Positions 36,371-45,536 of a stretch of DNA of 64,000 nucleotides are shown here, piece after piece. Source of the stretch: Clostridiales bacterium UBA1234 (GTDB taxonomy: Bacteria; Bacillota; Clostridia; TANB77; UBA1234); the NCBI GenBank assembly GCA_002308995.1, contig DBWQ01000005.1, forward strand, positions 28,592-92,591. Reading direction: 5' to 3'. Within the stretch, counting starts at the first letter, position 1. Each line of letters opens with the position of its first letter. The translations under genes were made by a program, and so were the position numbers. The notes below the pieces were generated by a model, which saw only the letters and a program-made list of their open reading frames with translations, ran no database searches and was not told the origin of the DNA.

Positions 36371-37534
36371 TTATTTAAGTTTTTTGATATCTATTTTGGA
36401 ATTTGTCTTAGCAGCAGCATCAATGATATTTTGCATCGTTATTTCCTTTGCTTTCTTAAGCTCTGCAAGAATCCCTGCTTCATTCATAATAGTTTCAATA
36501 GCTGCAGCACTCAGGTTTTCAAAACCATCTACTAGTTTTGCTTTATTAACTTCTGCTGCTAATTTTTTGCCCTTGGTGTATATTTCCACAAGTTCCTTTC
36601 GTGTTTCTGCATCTGGATTTGGAATATGATATTTTAAATCAAATCTTCCAGGTCTAATAAGGGCAGCATCTAATGATAAGTAGGAATTGGTTGCTGCAAT
36701 CACTAAAATGCCATCATTAGGCTTAAATCCATCCATTTCATTTAACATAGCAATAATAATTCGATTGTTCTCTTTGTCTACGCCTGTTCCGGCATAATTT
36801 CTACGCTCACCTATGCCGTCGAACTCATCAATAAAGATAATGCATGGCTTGTGCCTTGCTGCTTTTTTAAAGAGCAATTTGATTTTTTGTGCTCCCATGG
36901 ACATCATAGCACTTTGAAAATCTGCCCCTTTCGTAGCTATAAAATTCACATTTGCCTCACTAGCTAGTGCTTTGGCAAATAGTGTTTTTCCATTGCCTGG
37001 AGGACCTTCTAAAATAATTCCTTTAATTGGTCTTGCTGTCTCAGATGGATTTTTTAAAAGTGAAACGATATACATCATTTCTTCTTTAACATCCTTCATA
37101 CCTGCAATATCACTAAACCTAACATTGGTGTGTTTGACCACCTTAAAAGTGGTCCTCGTGATTTCGGTTAATTTATACACCCCAAGACCTACTGCAATAA
37201 AGAAAAACATGTAAAACAATAAATTGGCAATCAAATTAACGGTATCTTCAGCAGAAGCTTCTTGCACATCAATTCCTTTTAAGAGTAGTCTTTCTTTTAG
37301 CTCAGGTAGTTTAGAATGATCTGTATAGTATTTTTTAGAACTACCTTTTTGTAAAAAACAAATACGATTATCTTCTAACACTACTTGCTTTACCTTTTCT
37401 TCTTGCACTGCTTGGTAAAACGTTTGATATGGCACGTATTCTGCTTTTTCTAAAAAACAACTCGCAAGCATGATCAAACCAATCGCTATAATAATAATTC
37501 CAATCACAATTTTCTTTTTTCTTTGTATCGTCAC
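36371..37534 (-). CDS. FtsH-like membrane AAA+ ATPase lacking the M41 protease domain
   Basis: Walker A is GPPGNGKT and Walker B is IIFIDEFD. The SRH region and an N-terminal TM plus extracellular segment are present. The protein ends at 387 aa with no HExxH. Confidence 0.7.
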   Translation of the reverse strand: MTIQRKKKIVIGIIIIAIGLIMLASCFLEKAEYVPYQTFYQAVQEEKVKQVVLEDNRICFLQKGSSKKYYTDHSKLPELKERLLLKGIDVQEASAEDTVNLIANLLFYMFFFIAVGLGVYKLTEITRTTFKVVKHTNVRFSDIAGMKDVKEEMMYIVSLLKNPSETARPIKGIILEGPPGNGKTLFAKALASEANVNFIATKGADFQSAMMSMGAQKIKLLFKKAARHKPCIIFIDEFDGIGERRNYAGTGVDKENNRIIIAMLNEMDGFKPNDGILVIAATNSYLSLDAALIRPGRFDLKYHIPNPDAETRKELVEIYTKGKKLAAEVNKAKLVDGFENLSAAAIETIMNEAGILAELKKAKEITMQNIIDAAAKTNSKIDIKKLK

Positions 37535-37539
37535 TTTCT

Positions 37540-38241
37540 TTACTTCCTTCTTTTTCCTGTAAGACTTAATAGTTTAATAAAAATGTTAATAAAATCTAAA
37601 TACAAGGTTAATGCTCCCATGACAGAAACTTGTGTCACACGCTCTTCATCACCAAGTTCTACCATTTGAGAATATCCTTTTATTTTTTGAGTATCATAAG
37701 CTGTTAAACCAATAAACACAATAAGACCAATGATGGTGACAATAAAATCAAACATACTGTTTTGAATAAAGATATTAACAATGGTTGCTAAAATAACACC
37801 TACTAACGCCATTAACAAGAAACTTCCTAATTTAGACAAGTCTTTTTTGGTAGTCTTGCCAATAAACGCCATTAAGCCAAAGACACCTGCCGTAATGAAA
37901 AAAGTACTTGCAACAGAAGCACCTGTATAATACAAACAAATCGGAGAAAGGGTGATTCCATTAATCATTGCATAAATAAAAAATGCGAGACGACAGGTAT
38001 TAGTACCCATTTTAGTTACCCTAAAACTTAAGAATACTACCATTACCACCTCGGCAATTAGCCATACCCACATGGTTTTTAATGCAAATGCTAAGATGCT
38101 TAGGTTATTCAAAACAATAAATGATACTACAGCAGTGATACCTAAGCCAAGTGTCATCATAGAAAACACTTTTTGCATCACCGTTGTTGTTTTTTCATTC
38201 AGCGTACTATTACTAATTGGATCATATTCCTCTTCCATCAT
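37540..38241 (-). CDS. Bax inhibitor-1 / YccA family membrane protein
   Basis: Seven TM helices, the typical N-terminus (MQKVFSMMTLGLGITAVVSF) and a charged C-terminal tail. Confidence 0.7.
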   Translation of the reverse strand: MMEEEYDPISNSTLNEKTTTVMQKVFSMMTLGLGITAVVSFIVLNNLSILAFALKTMWVWLIAEVVMVVFLSFRVTKMGTNTCRLAFFIYAMINGITLSPICLYYTGASVASTFFITAGVFGLMAFIGKTTKKDLSKLGSFLLMALVGVILATIVNIFIQNSMFDFIVTIIGLIVFIGLTAYDTQKIKGYSQMVELGDEERVTQVSVMGALTLYLDFINIFIKLLSLTGKRRK

Positions 38242-38363
38242 TTTAATCTCCTCCTTTGACTCATATGAGATTATTTTAGTATATTTTTCTATCTTTTGTC
38301 AAGCAAGAATCCCAGTTTTTTCCATTTTGTCAGTCAGTTTCTTAGTTTTTTCATCATTTTATG

Positions 38364-38392
38364 TTGACATTTTCTTTTGCCCCTTGTATAAT
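38364..38392 (+). promoter_or_regulatory. Perfect-consensus sigma-A promoter (TTGACA-17-TATAAT) driving the tRNA-like RNA
   Basis: TTGACA at 38364-38369, a 17-nt spacer, then TATAAT at 38387-38392. No protein gene follows on this strand. Confidence 0.6.
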
Positions 38393-38431
38393 ATGCAAGA
38401 ATTTAACTTTAGCACAGTCTACCTCCAATTA

Positions 38432-38634
38432 GCGGGTATAGTTTAACCGGAAAAACGTAAAGAGGCGTCATTGTCATTTTGTGTTCGTTCATCCTTTATG
38501 CTTTCTTTCAGGGGTCAAACAGTATTTATCAAAAAAAAAGAAGGCAAGTGGTGTTTTTTACCGCTTGGATATGGTCACATAACGGTGCTGGAAGAGTCTC
38601 TTTAAAATCGTAGGTTCGACTCCTACTACCTGCT
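38432..38634 (+). ncRNA. tRNA-shaped RNA (acceptor, D-like and T arms) with a 129-nt domain in place of the anticodon loop
   Basis: The 7-bp acceptor stem GCGGGTA/TACCTGC has G3:U70. The D-like arm is GTTT-aaccggaa-AAAC. The T arm is the canonical GTAGG-TTCGACT-CCTAC. A 9-bp helix TAAAGAGGC/GTCTCTTTA (38458-38466/38596-38604) encloses 38467-38595. No canonical 7-nt anticodon loop is present. Confidence 0.4.
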
Positions 38635-38794
38635 TTAGCATAGCTTTGGGCATGGGGCGCCTATCGCTTTGCTTATCTTTGCCAACCTCCTTTTCCCATC
38701 CTTCTTCCCTCCTTTTGCAAAAAGCAAGTATTTCCTCTTTTGGAATGCTTGCTTTTGCATTTATATGACCTCAAAATTTGTTTCTTCTCACATT

Positions 38795-39037
38795 TTACAT
38801 AGGTTCCTCTTCATTAAATTCAACTGTAACATTGAATCCAACCGTTAAAGTTTCAATATCTGTTACCGTACCGCTTGTGCTTTTTAAACGCTGAAATAAC
38901 GGAATGTTACCAGACATTGCTACCGCTGGTTCTATGGTATAGTACCAGTTGGATGGTAGCTCTCCTTCACTTACTTCTACCGTGTCTCCCACTTTGACCA
39001 AATCTGGTCGCTCCATTTTAAATACCATTTTTCTCAT
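38795..39037 (-). CDS. Hypothetical small protein (80 aa)
   Basis: TAGGAGGAAAATAAA-ATG RBS and a long hairpin terminator downstream (about 38712-38752). Confidence 0.45.
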   Translation of the reverse strand: MRKMVFKMERPDLVKVGDTVEVSEGELPSNWYYTIEPAVAMSGNIPLFQRLKSTSGTVTDIETLTVGFNVTVEFNEEEPM

Positions 39038-39052
39038 TTTATTTTCCTCCTA

Positions 39053-40849
39053 TTAATCCCAATACTTAAATCGATACGCGTCTCCAAAATCTCGATACTC
39101 GATAAAAACAAATGGATATTCTTCTCCCCACGTGATTCGGATTCCTCTATCTTCTATTGTATATTTGGCATTTTCTAAAATATACTCTACTTCTTCATCT
39201 GTTCGCTGGTATCTTCCATTTCTTTTGTCATTTTTGATGGCTTCTGTTATCACTTCCCTATAGTTGCTATCAGGATAAAAAATATCCTCTAATGTTTCTA
39301 AGCGATGCCAATCTTTAGCTTCCACATAATATAATTCTCTACAGTCTCGTACATCATATAAGTTCCAATACACGTTGTTAAACCATGGGCCAATCACATT
39401 TTTTACTCCATAAGTCATCTCAAAATTATCCCTCCAATTATAGGATGTAGATTGCATATAGCTTTGAAATTGTGAAGCAAAGTTTTGAGGTGTTATAGGA
39501 TACTCCTCAAGTTTAGAATACTCCTCTACTTGCTTTAATGGAGATTCCGCCAAATAACGTCCCGTTTTCCAATCATATTTTCCTTGCGCATAGTAGCGAA
39601 CTGCTTTTTGGAAAAAATACATTGTTTGAGGATTTTCGGTGGCTTTCTGTTCATAAGTAGCAAGTTCTTCTTTAAAAGAATCCATTATTATCCCAACATA
39701 TTTTAGATTATTTTCGCATTCTTCCTTTGTATTATAGCTAGACATTCCCACAATATCGATGGCATAAAACAAATTATCCCTTTGAAAGCCATACTTTTTA
39801 TAATTATTCCCAGTAAGTAAATTCGTAATCTCTTGCTTTGCACCTACGTATAACTTTTTAGAGGCAATATCGTCCCTCTCGTACAAACTCTCCTCAGTTA
39901 AATACTTATCATAAATAACAACGATTTCTGCATTTTCTACAATTGAAATAGGCCACTTCCAATCCTGTGAACAAAATATGCTAATGGAAGCACCACTTTG
40001 CTTTGGAATGTAGGTAAAAAAGATTTGATTTGGGGTAAAGTAAAATGTTTGATAGTTTTGGAAATAGTTTTTAATCGTTTTGTAGACTTTTTCCTCATCT
40101 AAAGCAACTTGCTCACTATATTGTTCATGTGTTTTTTTATATTCCTCTACTGCTTCCCAACTGATTTTTTCCTCTATTGCCTTTCCTACCAAGCGATTAT
40201 ATTCTATTGATTCTTCTGGCCAATAATACTCCAAATAATATGATCCAACATAATAGTTCTTTTCCACAATCTCATGAAACATTGCTTTTTTCATTAAATC
40301 TACTATATTGGCATCTTTCACAAACAAATCTTCTAAGGTTAATTCTGCGCCATTTACCAACTCATAATTTAACGGAAACATCTCCTGATAATCTTTTTCC
40401 TTTTCTTCTCCAAATCCAGGAGTAGCATAAAAGCCAACAATTGAGATAACATTTGCATAATTCGCACATACTTCGTAATTTAACATTTCAGGATTGGTAA
40501 TTAAGTTTTTGTCAATTCTTTGAAGAATCTTCTCTTTCATAGACTGATTCACGCGATTTTCTACAGCTTTATTTTTTAACCCCGAAATTACAGGAATGGC
40601 AAATTCTTTTCCTTGATATGTGATTTTCTCAGCATAAAAAATGATATCATTTTCATTATAAAAGCCATTGACATCAAGCCCTTTTTCTGGAATTTGAATG
40701 AAGCTCTCGTCTTCTTTTTTTACTAGTGTCTCTGTATTTTGCTGTTTTTGATTTTCCTTGGTACTTTTGATGAGCCCATATGTCACGCCAACAGCACCAA
40801 CCGCAAATAATACAATAACCATCAGAAAACGAATGATTTTTTTAGACAT
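39053..40849 (-). CDS. Membrane-anchored protein, N-terminal part DUF4163/DUF3298 (RsiV/PdaC)-like
   Basis: N-terminal TM helix. The pattern 'ITYQGKEFAIPVISGLKNKAVENRVNQSMKEKI' resembles the 'YPqisGl.n..vq.kiN' signature. Confidence 0.45.
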   Translation of the reverse strand: MSKKIIRFLMVIVLFAVGAVGVTYGLIKSTKENQKQQNTETLVKKEDESFIQIPEKGLDVNGFYNENDIIFYAEKITYQGKEFAIPVISGLKNKAVENRVNQSMKEKILQRIDKNLITNPEMLNYEVCANYANVISIVGFYATPGFGEEKEKDYQEMFPLNYELVNGAELTLEDLFVKDANIVDLMKKAMFHEIVEKNYYVGSYYLEYYWPEESIEYNRLVGKAIEEKISWEAVEEYKKTHEQYSEQVALDEEKVYKTIKNYFQNYQTFYFTPNQIFFTYIPKQSGASISIFCSQDWKWPISIVENAEIVVIYDKYLTEESLYERDDIASKKLYVGAKQEITNLLTGNNYKKYGFQRDNLFYAIDIVGMSSYNTKEECENNLKYVGIIMDSFKEELATYEQKATENPQTMYFFQKAVRYYAQGKYDWKTGRYLAESPLKQVEEYSKLEEYPITPQNFASQFQSYMQSTSYNWRDNFEMTYGVKNVIGPWFNNVYWNLYDVRDCRELYYVEAKDWHRLETLEDIFYPDSNYREVITEAIKNDKRNGRYQRTDEEVEYILENAKYTIEDRGIRITWGEEYPFVFIEYRDFGDAYRFKYWD

Positions 40850-40865
40850 TTTTCTTTCCTCCTAC

Positions 40866-42530
40866 CTATGATAGTGTTTCTAACCCTTGTCTCATTTTTT
40901 GGATAAACTCACGTAATTCTTGTGGCATTTCTAATTGTGGTGGATGAATCGTTCGATAACAAAGTGGATTAGTTTCATTTAATACCTCCTGAATACGGCT
41001 TTCTATCTGTAAAACCTCACTTCCATATTCTTTCATTTTCTCTAAGTTTTTTTCTCCTCGATAATAGTGAAATGCCTTACTTAAAAAATCAGCATACATA
41101 ATATAGTTATACATCGTATACTTGTTTAAAGCTAAACGTTTCTTTTCATATACAAGTGCTTTGTCAAAGTTTTTTTCTTTTTGTTCATGATTAGAAAACG
41201 CTTCATATACTCCCGAAACATTTTGATTCAAGCGATATATCTTTTTGGCCAGTTTGAATTGTTCTTCTTCTTCTGCGACAGAATACAATCTTTCTTGCAA
41301 TGCTTCTGTATGAAAAGGAACTACTTGATAAGTAAATTCATAATCTTTAGTCTTGTATCCTATTTCTCCCAAAAGTAGCCATGTATAAAGAAGTGTTGTG
41401 GTATAAAAAATCCATTTTACCGACGTTATTTGGGTAAATGATGTTTTTTCTTCTTCTGGAATCATAAGGATCATCATCAAAACAAATATTAAGTATTCTA
41501 AATCAATATCAATAAGAGAATGGCCCATGATTAATATCATCAAAAGACGATTCTTTTTAGTTTGTTTTTTGTCAAAAAATGAAAAACAAACCATTACCAT
41601 CAAACAAATGCAAGGAATAAATCCAACATCTAAAAGCACTTGAAGAACCGAATTGTGTACAAATTTACTATCATATACTCCTGTTTGAGTTTCTGATTGT
41701 TTATAATAAAAACCTTCATAGCCATAACCAAATGGTCTTTCCTTGATTAACAAAATGGCATCTTGGTAATACATGAGTCTTGTAAGGAACTCACTACTTT
41801 GAAGCATTTTTCCATCAATTCTTTTATCGAGTTTGGAATAATAATGGCTACCAACAAACAATGTTAAAAAAGCGAGCATACAGACAATCATTTTTTTCCA
41901 TTTTTGTTTATTGAAAAACAAAGAAACAATCATTGAAAAAATTGTCAGCAAAATAATGGCACGGCTATTCGTTAACACAATTCCTATCATTAATAATGAA
42001 AGCAAGAAATAGTCTTTTTTGTGGATATCAACTTGGTTCATTAAGATTGTAAGACCCAAAAGTAAGTATAATCCATAGCTATTGGCGTACAAAAAAACGC
42101 CTTGCATACGATTATCATTCCATACACCCGGCACTTTGAGTAATGCCATAGCAATGGAAACAATCACGCTTCCTGCCCCAGAATAGGCAATCATCTGAAA
42201 ATATCTTTCTTGTTTTTCATATTGCATAAACAGCAAAAAGAACAATACTATGACGGCATTTTTAAAAAATGCTAACACCGTCATTCCTTTGTCGATTGCA
42301 TAAAACGATGTTACCAAAAAACTAATCCAATAAACTCCAAGCAACGCAAAATACTTTTTGGGAGGAAGAACAAATCTTTTATTCTTTTTTAACTGATAGA
42401 GGATTCCACATGAACAAAGTATGGCTACTAAAAATAAGCTAAAAAGCGAAAGAAGACCAGAAAACAAAGGAACTATCAATAGAACTCCTTCAATGATATT
42501 GAATTTGTTTTTTTCCCTTCTTTCGCTCAT
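40866..42530 (-). CDS. O-antigen ligase/polymerase (Wzy_C)-like membrane protein with a soluble helical C-terminal domain
   Basis: More than 10 TM helices and a loop GIVLTNSRAIILLTIFSMIV typical of Wzy_C. GAGGAAAAG-ATG favours a start at 42530 (MSERREK); the track start is 42554. Confidence 0.55.
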   Translation of the reverse strand: MSERREKNKFNIIEGVLLIVPLFSGLLSLFSLFLVAILCSCGILYQLKKNKRFVLPPKKYFALLGVYWISFLVTSFYAIDKGMTVLAFFKNAVIVLFFLLFMQYEKQERYFQMIAYSGAGSVIVSIAMALLKVPGVWNDNRMQGVFLYANSYGLYLLLGLTILMNQVDIHKKDYFLLSLLMIGIVLTNSRAIILLTIFSMIVSLFFNKQKWKKMIVCMLAFLTLFVGSHYYSKLDKRIDGKMLQSSEFLTRLMYYQDAILLIKERPFGYGYEGFYYKQSETQTGVYDSKFVHNSVLQVLLDVGFIPCICLMVMVCFSFFDKKQTKKNRLLMILIMGHSLIDIDLEYLIFVLMMILMIPEEEKTSFTQITSVKWIFYTTTLLYTWLLLGEIGYKTKDYEFTYQVVPFHTEALQERLYSVAEEEEQFKLAKKIYRLNQNVSGVYEAFSNHEQKEKNFDKALVYEKKRLALNKYTMYNYIMYADFLSKAFHYYRGEKNLEKMKEYGSEVLQIESRIQEVLNETNPLCYRTIHPPQLEMPQELREFIQKMRQGLETLS

Positions 42531-42600
42531 CTTTTCCTCACACTTTCTTTTCATTTTTATGTATATTACAAATCATTCTCTGTGGCAATTCTCTCATAGC

Positions 42601-43971
42601 TTACACAGTAAGTACTTGATCAATTTTTTCAATAATTGTTTCAAATTTCATTCCTCGTGATGCCTTAACTAAAACATCATCTTCTTTTTCCAAAATAGTG
42701 TCTAGTTTATCTAAAACATCCTCCGTTTTAGATAGTGTTAGAATAGCTGTTTCAGGCATGCCATTTTGTACGGCACCATTTTTCACATCTTGGCAAAAAT
42801 CTCCTATGGATATTAACTTATCCACTTTAGCTTCTGCTACTGCTTTGCCAATCTCTTCATGAAGTTTTGATGAATACTTTCCTAACTCTAAAACATCCCC
42901 CAAAATGGCTACCTTACGTTTCCCGTTTTGTGAAAGTAGTGCATCTAATGCTGCTTTGATAGACTCCAAGCTTGCATTATAACAATCATTAATAATCGTC
43001 ATTCCATTGATTTTTTCTATATTCATACGCATTTTAGTATATTGGCAGTGTTCTAGGGCTGCTTGTATTTTTTCCATCGGAATATGATAAAGTCTTCCCA
43101 CACCAATTGCGAGTAGAGCATTATACACAAATTTTTCAGAAGATAGCATAATTTTAAATGCGTATTCTTTTCCAGACTCTTGCACACAAAAAGTGGTACA
43201 ATCCTTGTTTACTTGAACATTGTATGCTTGGTAATCCGCTTGCTTTTGGATGCCAACTGTCATAAGACGTGGTTTCACCTTTTCAACGGTACCTAATAAA
43301 TCGTTATCCGTATTTAGAATGAGTGTTCCCTCTTCATCCATTCCCTCTAATATTTCTAGCTTTGCTTTTAAAATATTCTCTCGACTTCCTAAATTGCCGA
43401 TATGAGATGTACCGATATTGGTAATTAAGGCAACATTTGGTTTGGCGATATTTGTCAATAATGACATTTCTCCCATAGCACTCATTCCCATCTCTAGTAT
43501 TATCATCTCTTGATTTTGATAATTGATTAAAGTAAATGGCATTCCAATTTCGTTATTGAAGTTTCCTTCATTTTTAAGCGTTGTATATGTACTACTAAGA
43601 ACTGCATATACCATATCTTTGGTGGTAGTTTTTCCAACACTACCTGTAATGGCAATGAGTGGAACATTCATCATACTCATCCTATCATTTTTGGCAAGTG
43701 TATGTAGCGCTTCTAACGTATTATCTACTTTAATCAAGAATTTACCTTGTGGCACTGCAATTTCTTCGGTAGAAAAAGCCCCTATAGCTCCATTTTCAAA
43801 GGCATTTCGAATATGATTAGGTCTTTCTTCTATTTTACTAGATAGTGGAATAAAAAAACTATTCTCTTTTTGTTCTCGGCTATCGATTGTAAAAGCCTCT
43901 ATTTCCATAGTATCATCAACTTCATTTAATAAAGTTCCCCCAGAGTATGCAAGTAATTCTTTTAGTTTCAT
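42601..43971 (-). CDS. murF: UDP-N-acetylmuramoyl-tripeptide--D-alanyl-D-alanine ligase
   Basis: The ITGSVGKTTTKDM P-loop, DSREQKENSFFIPL and Mur-ligase length and order are all present. Confidence 0.85.
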   Translation of the reverse strand: MKLKELLAYSGGTLLNEVDDTMEIEAFTIDSREQKENSFFIPLSSKIEERPNHIRNAFENGAIGAFSTEEIAVPQGKFLIKVDNTLEALHTLAKNDRMSMMNVPLIAITGSVGKTTTKDMVYAVLSSTYTTLKNEGNFNNEIGMPFTLINYQNQEMIILEMGMSAMGEMSLLTNIAKPNVALITNIGTSHIGNLGSRENILKAKLEILEGMDEEGTLILNTDNDLLGTVEKVKPRLMTVGIQKQADYQAYNVQVNKDCTTFCVQESGKEYAFKIMLSSEKFVYNALLAIGVGRLYHIPMEKIQAALEHCQYTKMRMNIEKINGMTIINDCYNASLESIKAALDALLSQNGKRKVAILGDVLELGKYSSKLHEEIGKAVAEAKVDKLISIGDFCQDVKNGAVQNGMPETAILTLSKTEDVLDKLDTILEKEDDVLVKASRGMKFETIIEKIDQVLTV

Positions 43972-44195
43972 TTTCTCTTCATCCCCTTATGATAAATCAT
44001 TTTTATTTTACCAAAAATGATGTTTTTTTCAAGATTTTTAAAAATGATTTTCGTATATTCTATTTTCTTTTTCAACATAATAATACTGAATTCTTTGCAA
44101 CATGCTTTTTTCTTTTAACATAAGAAGAATTCAAGAAGATAATATTTTTAAAAATAGTATTTTCATAGTTTTAGAAAGAAAGGATTGAAGTAATA

Positions 44196-44708
44196 ATGAA
44201 AAAAACCATATTTTTAAGTTTATTCATTATTTCACTATTTTGTATGACGATGATACTAGAAGCAACGACATTAGGCACCTCGACTACCAATGTTCCAACC
44301 ATAACGCCTACCAAAGTACCTTCCACTTCTCAGAACACAAATCTTATGAGTGATACAACCAACACAGCTGGTAATGTTGTTAACGACATTGGTCAAGGAA
44401 TTGGTGGTGTGATTCATGGCGCAGGTAATGCCCTAAATAGCGTAGGAAATGCCACTAAGAATGTTGGTAGAGATTTAGGAAATGGAATTGACAACATGGG
44501 AGATGAAAGTAGAAATAATACCAATGGAACCAATGACTTAACAACTACTGGAACCCCTTATTCTGCCTCAAGAACAGCCATGGATACCGAGATGGGAACC
44601 ACATGGACATGGATTGTGGTTGCGATTGCAGTAGCTGCCATCGTGGCACTAATTTGGTACTACAATAGTGAAAATAATAAAGAAACGAGAAGAAAAGATC
44701 GATATTAA
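44196..44708 (+). CDS. Secreted Gly/Asn/Thr-rich protein with a C-terminal TM anchor
   Basis: Signal peptide, low-complexity repeats (GNALNSVGNATKNVGRDLGNGIDNMG) and a C-terminal TM helix followed by a basic tail. Confidence 0.45.
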   Translation: MKKTIFLSLFIISLFCMTMILEATTLGTSTTNVPTITPTKVPSTSQNTNLMSDTTNTAGNVVNDIGQGIGGVIHGAGNALNSVGNATKNVGRDLGNGIDNMGDESRNNTNGTNDLTTTGTPYSASRTAMDTEMGTTWTWIVVAIAVAAIVALIWYYNSENNKETRRKDRY

Positions 44709-44761
44709 TTTAGTATGTCATTTATTTTTTGGGTTCAAATCATCTTTCTTCTATTAAAATG

Positions 44762-44816
44762 AAAAAGACGATGAACTAAGTGAAAACACTTTCCACTTAA
44801 TTCATCGTCTTATTTT
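44762..44816. terminator. Bidirectional terminator between convergent genes
   Basis: GACGATGAACTAAGTG...CACTTAATTCATCGTC (16-bp stem with one mismatch), flanked by A and T runs. Confidence 0.65.
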
Positions 44817-45371
44817 TTAGAATTGAACTTTTACATTATTTTTTTCTTCTGCTGTTGCCTCAAAGAATTTTTCTGGCCTAAATCCAAACATTGATGCAAC
44901 AATGCTAGATGGGAACATTTCAATAGCATCTTTATACTTAAGCACAGCATCGTTGTAAAATTGTCTTGCATAGGCAATTTTGTCTTCTACTTCTCTTAAA
45001 TTATTTTGTAAATTTTTAAAATTATCATTTGCTTTTAAATCCGGGTAAGCTTCGCTTAAAGCCAATAGTTTATTTAAAGCACCTGTTAATTCATTATTAG
45101 CTTCCATTTCTTCAGTAGCACTTTTAGCTCCCAAAGCACTATTTCTGGCATCAATCACTTTTGTGAAAGTATCTTGTTCGTGACTTGCATAACCCTTAAC
45201 TGTTTCAACAATATTAGGAATTAAATCAAACCTTCTTTTTAATTGAACATCCACTTGGCTCCACTGATCTTGAACACGATTTCTTAACTGGATGAGTTTA
45301 TTCTTAGTGGCAATCACATAAAAAGCAATTCCTAAGGCAATGATAATAATGATAGCAATGGCAATGATCAT
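44817..45371 (-). CDS. lemA: LemA family protein
   Basis: N-terminal TM helix, then NKLIQLRNRVQDQWSQVDVQLKRRFDLIPNIVETVKGYASHE, a typical LemA sequence. Confidence 0.8.
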   Translation of the reverse strand: MIIAIAIIIIIALGIAFYVIATKNKLIQLRNRVQDQWSQVDVQLKRRFDLIPNIVETVKGYASHEQDTFTKVIDARNSALGAKSATEEMEANNELTGALNKLLALSEAYPDLKANDNFKNLQNNLREVEDKIAYARQFYNDAVLKYKDAIEMFPSSIVASMFGFRPEKFFEATAEEKNNVKVQF

Positions 45372-45536
45372 ATAAATCCCCTCTCTCCTACAATTTATTT
45401 TATTGTATCCTAATTCTCAAAATAATGCAACAACATTTACTATTGTTATCTAAATAGATAACATCCTATGCTATTTACAAAAACATTTTCTTAACATATA
45501 ATCATGATATCACCTGTATCAATAGAGGAGGTATTT

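Noticed and set aside
38432-38634. tmRNA (ssrA) or an intron-containing tRNA-Ala
   Set aside because: The G3:U70 pair and T arm fit. However, the 203-nt length, the absence of pseudoknot-sized domains and the lack of a tag reading frame ending in a hydrophobic Ala-rich tail argue against tmRNA. The 129-nt insert is too small for a group I intron, and no 7-nt anticodon loop can be drawn. It is kept only as an unclassified tRNA-like RNA.
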